DNA of 64,000 nucleotides. Origin: Octopus bimaculoides (lineage: Eukaryota). The notes below the pieces were generated by a model. The model saw nothing but the letters and a program-made list of their open reading frames with translations, did no database searches and had not been told where the DNA came from. Positions 50,986 to 62,520 of the stretch are shown piece after piece. The stretch lies in the NCBI RefSeq assembly GCF_001194135.2, contig NC_068983.1:112566131-112630130 (forward strand). Reading direction: 5' to 3'. The position numbers and the translations under genes are program-made. Every line of letters begins with the position of its first letter. Position 1 is the first letter of the stretch.

Positions 50986-52769
50986 GCTCCTTTTTTTACT
51001 TTTTTACCAAGATCTTCCACTTCATTTTACTCTTTCTTTATTATTTACATTACACTATTCGATTAAAATTAGCAATATTTTCTGAAAGTTTCTTTTGATT
51101 GTTGTTGTTATTTAACTGCATGCTAACTCTTATAGAGTCTGCCTCAAGACCAAAGGCATTCCAAGCCTGACCAATTTATCTGTTTCTCTTTATTTTTGCA
51201 TATATTTATAAATATACATAAAAATGTGTCCCTTTTTTGTTTTTTCAAAATAGTAGAACATGATTTAAAGTAATTTGCTTGCAATTTCTAGCAGGTCCAT
51301 CAACCAAGTAGGGTCTCCCTCTTTGACTTCTCGAGTATGACAGCAGAAATATTACAAATGGAAATTAGATTCTCCTAAACTTTGACACAATCATTTTGCA
51401 AATAATTTTATTTTTGAGACAAGTCTCTATAATATTATTAATGACAAGTTTTTCTATGATATTCTTGAGAATATTGAGTGGCATCAGCTGAGAATTAAAA
51501 TCAAGTTGCAGTGTCAGTTTGCTAGAAGCTTACTTTGCTGGTCTGTAGTGCTCACCACATAGCCATCTCAATATATTTTTCTGAGAAAATGATATCTTTG
51601 TTCAAATATACAACTAATGAATTCAAGATTATAAAATAAAATTGAAAATACCATGTTTCAGAAGAATATAACTATCATAATCAGAATTGTATAAAATATA
51701 TACTCCATAAATTACTGAATAGCATTGAAGCAAAGTTAATAGTCAAAGAAAAAAATAGGAAGACATTGAAGTTGTAGGAGGTATCTTTGATTAACAACTA
51801 CTTTTATAAATATATTTTAAGAAGTAGTAAACTGTAAGTACATCAAGATAGTTTTGCTTTAGCTATTGCTTAAATATCATTAATGTACATTAAAGAAGTC
51901 TATATCTTAAAAAAAAAATCCTGATGTAGATTTGTGAAAACTTCCAATTCTCTTCTTACTTTTAACCTGCTTCTAGTGTATATTGATGCATCAGAGATGT
52001 TGCTCCAAGTGATCAGTTACTGTACGACACTGAAGGATTATTACTGTTAATCAGGTTCAAAAAGTTCCACTTCCCATCACAAAGAGGCTGATGATATTAA
52101 TGAAATAAGTCCAAGGTTTAATATTATAGAAATAGAAGGGATTTTGAATATCTCTTCTATTTTCATAACTGCCTGTGCATGTTTACTATTATCTTCCAAA
52201 GATGATACAAGAAGTGCCATTCAAATACTGGGGTCAGTTGCATTGGGATAACCCCTTCAAAATTTATGGCTGTCTGTGTAAGCACAGGTATTGTTAAGAT
52301 GCTTGATCCCCAACTACATGACTCCATAGCACCATGAGCAAGTTTCTTCTATAGCTTTGGGCTGACTAAAGCCATTTTAATGGATTTGGTTGATGGAAAC
52401 AGAAAGAAACCCATTGTGTACACACACACACTGACAGATAGGTAGGTAGGCAGGTAAGTAGGTAGGTAGCTAGTAAGGAAGGAAGGAAGGAAGGAAGGAA
52501 AGAAGGAAGAAAGGAAGGAAGGAAGGAAGAAGAGATTGAAGAAATTCAAGCAAATATCTCAGTAGTGCAAAAAACAGTGATGATAAAACAATATGGTACC
52601 TCCTCTTATTAACAATATTAACATTTATAGAATAAATAGAGCTTATTATAGCTACATACCTAATAGAATGTGTAACTGGAGGAACTGTGATTAATGCTCT
52701 TTAGATAACCAATGCTTGAGAAATTTAATATATAAGATCTCTGTTAAAACACTTGATAATGTCCATTAA

Positions 52770-53060
52770 TACATAAGGCTATAACTTCAAAATCCAAGAT
52801 CAGGGACATAGCCATATTGACTCTTATAAATACAAAAGAAAAGAGAACTACACTTCGTTGGCTAAGTTCATCTGGGACCTCAAAGTGTGTATGCATATAT
52901 GATATTCCATTTTGGTGTTCTTTTGTAGGTAATCCTCCTCCTTACAGAGGAGGTGATAGTAGCTGTAACTGGTGCTCAGTAGCAACTATTGAAATCCTCA
53001 GTTCTAATACCAACATAATAAGCATAATAAATTATGATTTTGTTGTTCACACTTATTGAA
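52770..53060 (+). mobile_element. Degraded Penelope-like GIY-YIG C-terminal fragment
   Basis: HIDSYKYKRKENYTSLAKFIWDLK (52813-52884), then after a frameshift PPPYRGGDSSCNWC..TIEIL. Confidence 0.62.
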
Positions 53061-53525
53061 TAAAACATGCTTAAAATCTTTACATAAAAATCCTACGTAA
53101 ATAACTTAACTAGGTCTGATTAAGATTAATGCCTCTGTTATCTTATTGATTCTGCAACTTCAACTTAAATTATCGTTTATATAACGTAATAATCATTAAT
53201 TTCTTAACTAATCTTTAATCTAAACTTTAATTAAAGTACTTAATTTAATTTGATTTAATTGAATTATAGTAAACCTAATATTTCTAGATTTGTCTATAGA
53301 TGTGGGCAATAATGATGATGATGGAATAAATGAACATTGAATTGTTTTCTAAAATGTGAACTAATCAACTTTCTCCACAGTTTTACAATTGTTTATCTTG
53401 CTGATTTTAGGTATTTGGATTTCTGTGAAGGCAAATTTCTATGCATCCAAATCCTTAAAGATAAGAATACAAGCATGTCTTACACAGGTTAGCTGAAACA
53501 CATTTGCTAGGTCAGCATTGTCATC

Positions 53526-53624
53526 TCTTCTTCTTCTTCTTCTTCTTCTTCTTCTTCTTCTTCTTCTTCTTCTTCTTCTTCTTCTTCTTCTTCTTCTTCT
53601 TCTTCTTCTTCTTCTTCTTCTTCT
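53526..53624 (+). repeat. (TTC)n microsatellite (others: (CA)n 58025-58139; (TG)n 60006-60085)
   Basis: Direct reading of the sequence. Confidence 0.97.
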
Positions 53625-54744
53625 CCTCCTCCTCCCCTTCCTCCTTCTCCACCACCTCTACCTCCTCTGTCTTCTCAGGTTTTAGTTTTTAACATCAAAT
53701 TCAGTGAAAACTATCATAATGTCTTAGTTATTATCAAACTTCAAAAATATATTTAAAACTATTTACTTTCACATGATGAAACGTTTTTCTAAAGGTAAAA
53801 TAATGACTTGCTTCTCTTATTTTTGGTCTGCCTTCCTATGGTAATTTCGTAGCATGCATGACTGAGCATATCATCATCATCATCATCATCATCATCTTCT
53901 ACAGCAATAACAATGGAATCACTACCTTTTCAATTGAAATGACACTTTTATTTTTCACATTCAAAGCATAAATATATTTCCGAAGCCATTCCCCTTCAAA
54001 AAGTGTATGCAATAAAATTCATTGAATTTTATTTTAATTCAAAATGAATAATGTACCCCCAAATTTGAATGTATAAATGTCTATATCTATGATATGTTTT
54101 TAATAAAATAACTACAAAATTATTTCTTTTTAAAATATATAAGCATCTATCTGNNNNNNNNNNNNNNNNNNNNNNNNNNNNNNNNNNNNNNNNNNNNNNN
54201 NNNNNNNNNNNNNNNNNNNNNNNNNNNNNNNNNNNNNNNNNNNNNNNNNNNNNNNNNNNNNNNNNNNNNNNNNNNNNNNNNNNNNNNNNNNNNNNNNNNN
54301 NNNNNNNNNNNNNNNNNNNNNNNNNNNNNNNNNNNNNNNNNNNNNNNNNNNNNNNNNNNNNNNNNNNNNNNAGCTTAAATTGGCGTATGCAAGTGCATGT
54401 GTAGTTATATATGTGTTATGTAAAGTTATATTCAAATATTCTCACCATAACAAAAGTTATAGGCATCTCAGAAATAATTTTATTTATGCAATTTTGGCTC
54501 AAAATTTCCAACATTATTTATGCCATTATTAGTCGTCTTCTAACAGCAAAAATCTGTTTTATTCTTGTTAAATTACTTTTGAGTTTGGGAACTTTGCACA
54601 TGGATAAAATTTTGATTTAAAACACAGTTGATAAAATTTATTTCAATAAAATTTAAATATCTGCATTTTGAAGCAAAGTATAAAGAACATAGTAAATTCT
54701 AAAACTTTGTGAAGAATCAATAAAATATTTTGTTGTCACAGTGC

Positions 54745-55352
54745 TTTTACCTGATATGCTGAATCTAAAAACGAAATCCAGTTTTTAGCATCGTGTCTAG
54801 ATTTCAAGATATCCAACTCACCCGATTTTCTCAATTTCCATAATTTTTCAGAAAAATGCATTGTTTATCTGTGAAATTTAGTATGAGTGTTTATTATGAT
54901 TTATATACTATTTTGAGAAGAGTTAGGGAAAAAAACATTGAGTGATCAAAAAACGGCTGCAGCAAACATAGGTTCCAGAGTCTTTTAGCATGGTTGAAGA
55001 GCATTTAGTTCATCTGGGAAAAATCATCCTATCACTGTTTCATATCAAACTTAAACCATATCAGTTTGTTAAACCTTGGGATAAAGATGAACAATATTTT
55101 CACAAATCTGCAGTACATTTCCTAGTCTGCATGTATATCTGCATGTCATGCCTTGTACTTCATAAGCTGTTTTATCAAAAAAAAAAAAGTAACGACATTC
55201 CAAGGATTTAGTATCATAAAATTTTTATGTGATGTTAATAAATGGATGTAATTTTTGGATTCTGTGTATCAAAAAACTGCTAGTTCAGGCTCAGATCTTT
55301 TGACAACAGAGAAATGTTTTGCTTTTTGTTTTTGTTGTTGTTTTGGACAGTG
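54745..55352 (+). mobile_element. Deleted DNA transposon, possibly Chapaev3-like
   Basis: EHLVHLGKIILSLFHIKLKPYQFVKPWDKDEQYF resembles the recalled transposase motif PLV..KIILPPLHIKLGLMKQFVKALDK; ends in CAGTG|TAA. The family assignment is from memory. Confidence 0.4.
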
Positions 55353-58062
55353 TAATAGATGTATTATAACTGTATACAAGTAGACATAAATATTAACATT
55401 TTATAACCAACAATTTTGTTGAGGAGATTTAGGAATACAAAAATGTTTGAAGTTATATCTTGTTCTGACCAGGAAAATTCTAATAATACTACTCATAGAT
55501 AATAATTCTCTTCTCCTCATTGCACAATTATTTCTATTGGGATTTATGATGCTCAGTGTATTAGATATGTTAACGCTTACTTACTTTTATACTAGACATA
55601 TAGAGAGCTAGACATTGTGAGTATAATATTCAATGTAAATACTAATTGATTTATAACTTGATTTTTCTCAGCTTACTAGTATTTTCAGCATTCTAAGACA
55701 TAGCTATTAGTATTCTAAGACATAACTATCAGATTTTTGATATGTTCTTTTCTTTATGTTTATATCCTATTTTGAAAAGATGTTGAACTTGGGAATATAT
55801 GTTCTGAATTTTAAAACTTGACTTTTTTTATATCTAAAGATTGTAAACACAAGACTGTATAAATTACTTTGTGTATTTGTAAATAAACATTTCTTATTGT
55901 AAATTCAAAATTTAAACAAAGATTTACAATCGCTGTAAGACACTGTACATCTATATCTCTCATTGCATTAATTTTAATTTTAATCATGAATTAAATATAG
56001 AATTAACATAAGGCTACATTATAAAGAAAGGTGCTCATTTTGTTGACCCCAGAAAAATGAAATGCAAAGTTGATCTCAAAATAAATGGGCACAATTCAAT
56101 ATCAAATTTCTCTCTACCATTTCTGCTACACCCATTCTTAGAGATGATAAAATATTAATCATTAAACTGAGGAACGGATAATGCTTTTAAACGTGAAGAA
56201 ACTAGTATTTTGAAGTGAAGGTCTTATTAAACATCAACTGCAAAGCATGGATAAAATTATGCTAATTGACACAGAAACAAATCTTATAATTCTGCTTATC
56301 ACTCCGTTACTTAGCCTGTCCATAACACTTCCACATCATTAGTTAAGGAGCAGGGGGACTGGGAGGAGTGAGAGAGGGATATGTGAGTGGGAGGAGACAG
56401 GGGGAGAGGTATATATGGGGGAGAGGTATATATGTGGGAGGGGGAGGGAGAGGTTGTGGTGAAAGAAATATGTAATGTTTTCTGTTTTGAACTAACTATG
56501 CTTTTTCTCTGTTACTTAACCTGTCTATAATGCTTTCACATAATTAGTTGAAGGGAAAGACGAAGAGCAAAGGAAAAAGGAGAGAGAAAAAGAGGGTAAG
56601 GCGAAGAGTGAGAGAGAAAGAGGGAGAGTGTTGTGTACTAAGTCTATAAATTTGTGCATAAAGTATATAAAGTGCATTAAATAATCATCGTATTCCACTT
56701 TTCTTCACTTTTCAATGATTAGCAGATAAGCAACTATCTTTTGATACAGACACAACACAGGCTACGCTTTCAAGTTTTTTGGATAAAGTTTTCAGAAATA
56801 ATCCAATAAGTTTACCATTAATTCCATGAAATATTCATGGGTCTCAATAGTATAAAATATTGTTCATCTACATCATTGATTTGTTAAAGCATAGTAAAGT
56901 AAATAATTTGTTGAGGATGTACTAAAACTGAAGCATAATTGGAATTGTCTCTCATGCTTGCTTGAACAATTAGAATATCATTACACAGTTACTAATACAG
57001 ATTTCCTGTCACCAGAAAGTTTCTTGTTACCTTTTTAATGCTCTGTGCTTCGAATAAGTTTGATTCAATAACAAATAGAAAATCAGGTTTGCCATTATTA
57101 AATTTTAACCTTTGAAAAATCTGAATGACAATCAATGAAATCATTAATAAAAACTATTAAATGATGTTGTTAAGTTTAATGTAGTTTCATAATTTATTGA
57201 TTAATTCTATAATTAATTCCTGTTAATTTCTTATTGTAGGTAAATGCATTTGTTATTTTGTCTTTTTCTGAATATAATTAGTCTTTATCTGTGTTAACTT
57301 GTTTTATTAAAGTCACAATTTGTGTATGCATAAGGAAGTCAGTTGTAATCATGTTTGGTGATACTAATGACAGCAGTGTTGTAGTCATTTCAAGCCCCCT
57401 CCTCCTCCTTCTCCTCATCATCATCATCCTCCTCATCATCATCATCATAATCATTGTCATTGTTATCTGCTTCCTCATTATTATTATTGTTGTTATTAAA
57501 GGGTGGTGGGATGGAAAAATTGAGTGTCAGACAGATGCCTAGAGTAATTTGCTTCTGAAGCTTGCTGTGTGAAAATCCTTCCAAGGTCAGCTTTGACTTT
57601 CATACCCACCAGGAGTCTATAAAACGGAAGTATGAGTAAAATTATTGGGGTTGATATAATCAACTATCCACTCCCCTATTTATCCACTTTCTACCCATGT
57701 GCCTATGTAAAAAAAATTATGAGTGAGATGGATTGACAGAATCATTAGTGTACCAGATCAAAACCTTTTTGAAGCATTTGTTCTTTATCTTTATGTTGAG
57801 GGTTCAAACACTGCTAAGGCCAAGTTTGCCTCTCATCTCCTGATGGTGAACAGAGTAAAGTACTAGTTAAGTACAAGCATATGTAAGAGCTAATCTTTCT
57901 CCCTTGCAATTGCATATTCTATGAGTATACACAAACAAATATATATGCAAACACATATGCACGCACACATGCACACATAGACACACATACTTAACTACAC
58001 ACACACACACATATATATATATATACACACACACACACGCACACACACACACACACGCACAT

Positions 58063-58141
<79 letters not shown>

Positions 58142-58193
58142 ATATAGGTTTGGCAGTGCAAACAGGAAAAATACTCAAAACAGGAATATATGA

Positions 58194-58929
58194 TACATGT
58201 GAGGCTTTTAGTAACAGACCATCGTAAGCGCCACAACTTAAAAACTAAGAAAAATGCAGTCAAAATTTTGCGACTTTCAGAATGCAATGTCTCAGCAAGG
58301 AATGAAGTTAGGAAGCTGGTTTTAGTCTTAAAATGACCGCAAAGATATCTTCTAATCATTCCATTTATGTGAAATATTTATTTATGCATGCATCTGAAAG
58401 ATGAAACAATGACTGTGTCTTTCTCATTTTGTAGAATATACTGGTACTACAAAACGATGTATTGTATTGCATGCTTTAGTCATAATGCCTAAAAAAACCA
58501 TACAGAGACCACTCAAAAGGTATTGTTTGTGTCTTAATATACTAAGGTAAGTATCTTTAAGAGGTAAGTAAGACAAGATAGTAAGATAAAAGACCATTAT
58601 TGTTATGATGGTAATGAGGAATATTAGAAAATGAGCCATAGCACTGCAAAAAAAAATACAGGAACCACACCAAAGTTATTGATTGAGTGTGTGTGCTTAC
58701 GATAGTGTGTTACTAAGCTCTCTGGTCCGAGTTTGGGTGAGTAAGTGTCCTGGCAACAGCATCAAGGTACAAATTTTCAGCTGGATTTTCAACCTTATTG
58801 CAAGCCTCACCAGTTTTTCCTCCCAACTTCTTCAGATTCCAGACGTTGAGACAAAGAAAATGATACACTAACCACGAAAATGGCCAGGGTGGCGCTTATG
58901 ATACTCTGTTACCAAACACCACATATGTA
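58194..58929. mobile_element. Non-autonomous TIR element with ~40-bp imperfect TIRs
   Basis: tacatgtgaggcttttagtaacagaccatcgtaagcgccac (58194-58234) vs the reverse complement of 58889-58929, tacatatgtggtgtttggtaacagagtatcataagcgccac. Confidence 0.6.
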
Positions 58930-59364
58930 TGTGGTAAATATTCATAATATATATATATATATATATATATANNNNNNNNNNNNNNNNNNNNNNNNNNNNN
59001 NNNNNNNNNNNNNNNNNNNNNNNNNNNNNNNNNNNNNNNNNNNNATATATATCAAAATTATATCTTTGGTGAGTTAATTTGGGATTCCTTAAAGATGATG
59101 AAACCTTCATATAGTTAAGGTAACTTCAGCCAGATGAGCAGCTAGATAAGTACCTTTCGTTGAGTAACTATTACATCAGAGATCTGCTAGCTAGGAAACA
59201 TATATAGTCTGAATTTTACTTGCTCAACTCAATCAAATTACATTTTTATCCCATTCATAGTGACTCAAGTACTGGGGTTGATATATTCGATTAAAAATTC
59301 TTCGAGGTGGTGCCCCAGCATGGCCACAGTCTGATGACTAAAACAAGTAAAAGATAAAAGATAA

Positions 59365-59900
59365 AGTTCTTTGGGACAGACAAGAAAACAGTGTGTACTG
59401 CTAAAGAGACCAATTACCCTGAATATCTCTTTAACCCTTATGTTACCATATTTGTATTGAGATGCTTTGTGTTTCTTTCAATTAATTTTAGATATAACAA
59501 AGAATTTAGTAAAACAACTTAGTTATCATTAAGTTAGTGTTAGGAGCATAAATTGTGACTAAGGTTTGGTGGAAGATTTTAATTCAGAACTTTTGAAAAC
59601 AAGATATTTGTACTACAGAACCAGAAGCTGTTTTGTATTGAAAGGGTTAAAAATCAGAGAGAAAGAGGATTACTATGAACAACTACTTCAAAACCTTCAG
59701 CTGCTATATCAAGATTATAAATTTATATTTATGTCAATAATAATTGGTTCACTTGACTTTGTTGATAAATAGCTAAAAGGCAGTCTAGAAAAGCTAGGGT
59801 ACTCAGAAAAATAAATCAACCAGCTAACTTGCATATTACATAAACAAACTGGAAGCAGAGCTGTAAAAATGTGCAAGAGTTTCCAGAATATAAAATTGTT
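59365..59900 (+). mobile_element. 3' fragment of a restriction-like-endonuclease non-LTR element, split by a piggyBac-type MITE
   Basis: VLWDRQ..NISL|KIREKEDYYEQLLQNLQLLYQDYKFIFMSIIIGSL. Confidence 0.6.
59435..59646. mobile_element. piggyBac-type MITE
   Basis: TTAA|CCCTT...AAGGG|TTAA; removing the element and one TTAA restores the host frame NISLKIREKED. Confidence 0.82.
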
Positions 59901-60015
59901 TTAGTTATCTTCATTCCAACGATGGATATTTGTGTCTATGTCAGAAACCAATTCTTTACTGACAGGAAGAGTTCAAATAATTAAAAGCAGGAGAGAACAT
60001 TAAATATGTGTGTGT

Positions 60016-60085
<70 letters not shown>

Positions 60086-60658
60086 NNNNNNNNNNNNNNN
60101 NNNNNNNNNNNNNNNNNNNNNNNNNNNNNNNNNNNNNNNNNNNNNNNNNNNNNNNNNNNNNNNNNNNNNNNNNNNNNNNNNNNNNNNNNNNNNNNNNNNN
60201 NNNNNNNNNNNNNNNNNNNNNNNNNNNNNNNNNNNNNNNNNNNNNNNNNNNNNNNNNNNNNNNNNNNNNNNNNNNNNNNNNNNNNNNNNNNNNNNNNNNN
60301 NNNNNNNNNNNNNNNNNNNNNNNNNNNNNNNNNNNNNNNNNNNNNNNNNNNNNNNNNNNNNNNNNNNNNNNNNNNNNNNNNNNNNNNNNNNNNNNNNNNN
60401 NNNNNNNNNNNNNNNNNNNNNNNNNNNNNNNNNNNNNNNNNNNNNNNNNNNNNNNNNNNNNNNNNNNNNNNNNNNNNNNNNNNNNNNNNNNNNNNNNNNN
60501 NNNNNNNNNNNNNNNNNNNNNNNNNNNNNNNNNNNNNNNNNNNNNNNNNNNNNNNNNNNNNNNNNNNNNNNNNNNNNNNNNNNNNNNNNNNNNNNNNNNN
60601 NNNNNNNNNNNNNNNNNNNNNNNNNNNNNNNNNNNNNNNNNNNNNNNNNNNNNNNNNN

Positions 60659-60960
60659 GAGCGAGATCGTTGCCAGTGCCCCTGGACTGGCTTGTGCGGG
60701 TGGCACATAAAAGACACCATTTCGAACGTGGCCATTGCCAGTATCGCCTGACTGGCCTTCGTGCAGGTGACACGTAAAAGCACCTACTACACTCTCTGAG
60801 TGGTTGGCATTAGGAAGGGCATCCAGCTGTAGAAACTCTGCCAAATTTAGATTGGAGCCTGGTGTTGCCATCCAGTTTCACCAGTCCTCAGTCAAATCGT
60901 CCAACCCATGCTAGCATGGAAAGCGGACGTTAAACGATGATGATGATGATGATGATGATG
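60659..60960 (+). mobile_element. Young RTE 3' end (5' part in the gap)
   Basis: Tail aacccatgctagcatggaaagcggacgttaaac(gat)n with two repeat units. Confidence 0.85.
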
Positions 60961-61187
60961 TAATAATCCAAGGAAAATGGGAATGAAGAATATTCAATAT
61001 TTCTCTGGCTTCACAGTCAAAAACCCAATTTTGCAGAGAAAAAAAACTTCACAGATTACATAGGTATATATTAAATTACAAAAATGAATAGAAAATGGGG
61101 ATGTATAACAATTGGCAATTAAAATCTATTAGCATAAAAGTATATTGTATTATACTCTTATAATAATACAGTATAATCAGGGCCACT

Positions 61188-61572
61188 GTGTGGCCCCTGT
61201 GCCAGTGGCATGTAAAAAGCACCATTCGAGTGTGATCGTTACCAGCATTTGTGCTGGTGGTACGTGGAAAACAACATTCGAGTGAGGGCATTGCCAGTGC
61301 TGCAGGACTGGCTCCTGTCCAGGTGACACATAAAAAATACCATTTGAGCGTGGCTGTTGCCAGTACTGCCTGACTGGCCCTCGTGCCGGTGGCACATAAA
61401 AGTACCCACTACACACTCAGAGCGCTTGGTGTTAGGAAGGGAATCTAGCTGTAGAAACTCTGCCAAATCAGATTGGAGCCTGGTGCAGCCATCTGGCTCA
61501 CTAGTCCCCAGTCAAACTGTCCAACCCATGCCAGCATGGAAAGCGGATGTTAAATGATGATGATGATGATGA
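61188..61572 (+). mobile_element. RTE 3' end with four repeat units
   Basis: Units at ~61199, 61251, 61317 and 61383, then the tail and (GAT)n. Confidence 0.85.
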
Positions 61573-62520
61573 AATATTAAATATAAATCAAATACAAATG
61601 TTTCAATTCTTGTTTTTCTTTTTTAATTAATAACACTCACACTTGTAATTAAATAGATTTAAATTCAGTCTTATTGGAAATATGAATCCAAATATTCATA
61701 AGAAATTACATCAAGCAGATTCTTGGCCCAAAAACAATGAATTTTTATAATTTAATTATGGTCAAGAATTGAAACATTTGTGTGTGGTATATATTTGATA
61801 TTTATTACTTATTATATTGTATTATATTGTATTAATATAAGAATATAATATATTATTATGCTAATAAATATCAAGTTTTAATTTTTGTATTGCCAGTTGT
61901 TATACATCTCCATTTTCTATTCATTTATATATATATATTATATGTGTGTGTATGAGTGTGTGTGTGTGAGCACGTGTGTGTGTACGTGTGTGTGCGTGTG
62001 TGTGTGTGTGCATTAGAACTGAAGGTGAGAAATTGTGACACAATTTTCATTCCAGTGCAGTCATCAGACGAAGTCACAGCTTCAGTTTTAGTAAAAAAAC
62101 TACTTATTCTACAACACATATTGATCACTCCTTTCTCATTCGTTCTACATTGAGCAATGTGTGTTTACACACACATACACACAGACACACAGACATGCAC
62201 ACACACATGCACAGAAGAAAAATCAAACACAAATTTATGAAGCCTAAATATCATTGAAAACTGGTGCAACGATAACAGAAAAGTTATTGAATTTTTTTCT
62301 GCTGTTGATCCCATTTCACTCATTCATATAAGACAGATTTTTTAAAACTATATCTACAATATCAGAGTTAAATCACTGTTCATATATCTGCAAAATACTT
62401 TCTCAAAGATCTCATGCAAAATCATCGAATTTGCAAAACCACACAACATATGATATCTTGAAATAAAATCCATATATAGGAAATATATTATTACTACAAT
62501 TACGACTAATATATATATAT

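Noticed and set aside
59956-60871. Long ORFs of 194-296 aa here and at 10722-11362
   Set aside because: They consist of N-gap translations (X) and microsatellites.
61188-61420. Repeat-spacer (CRISPR-like) pattern in RTE tails
   Set aside because: The apparent spacers are homologous to each other, so these are degenerate tandem units of a LINE 3' UTR.
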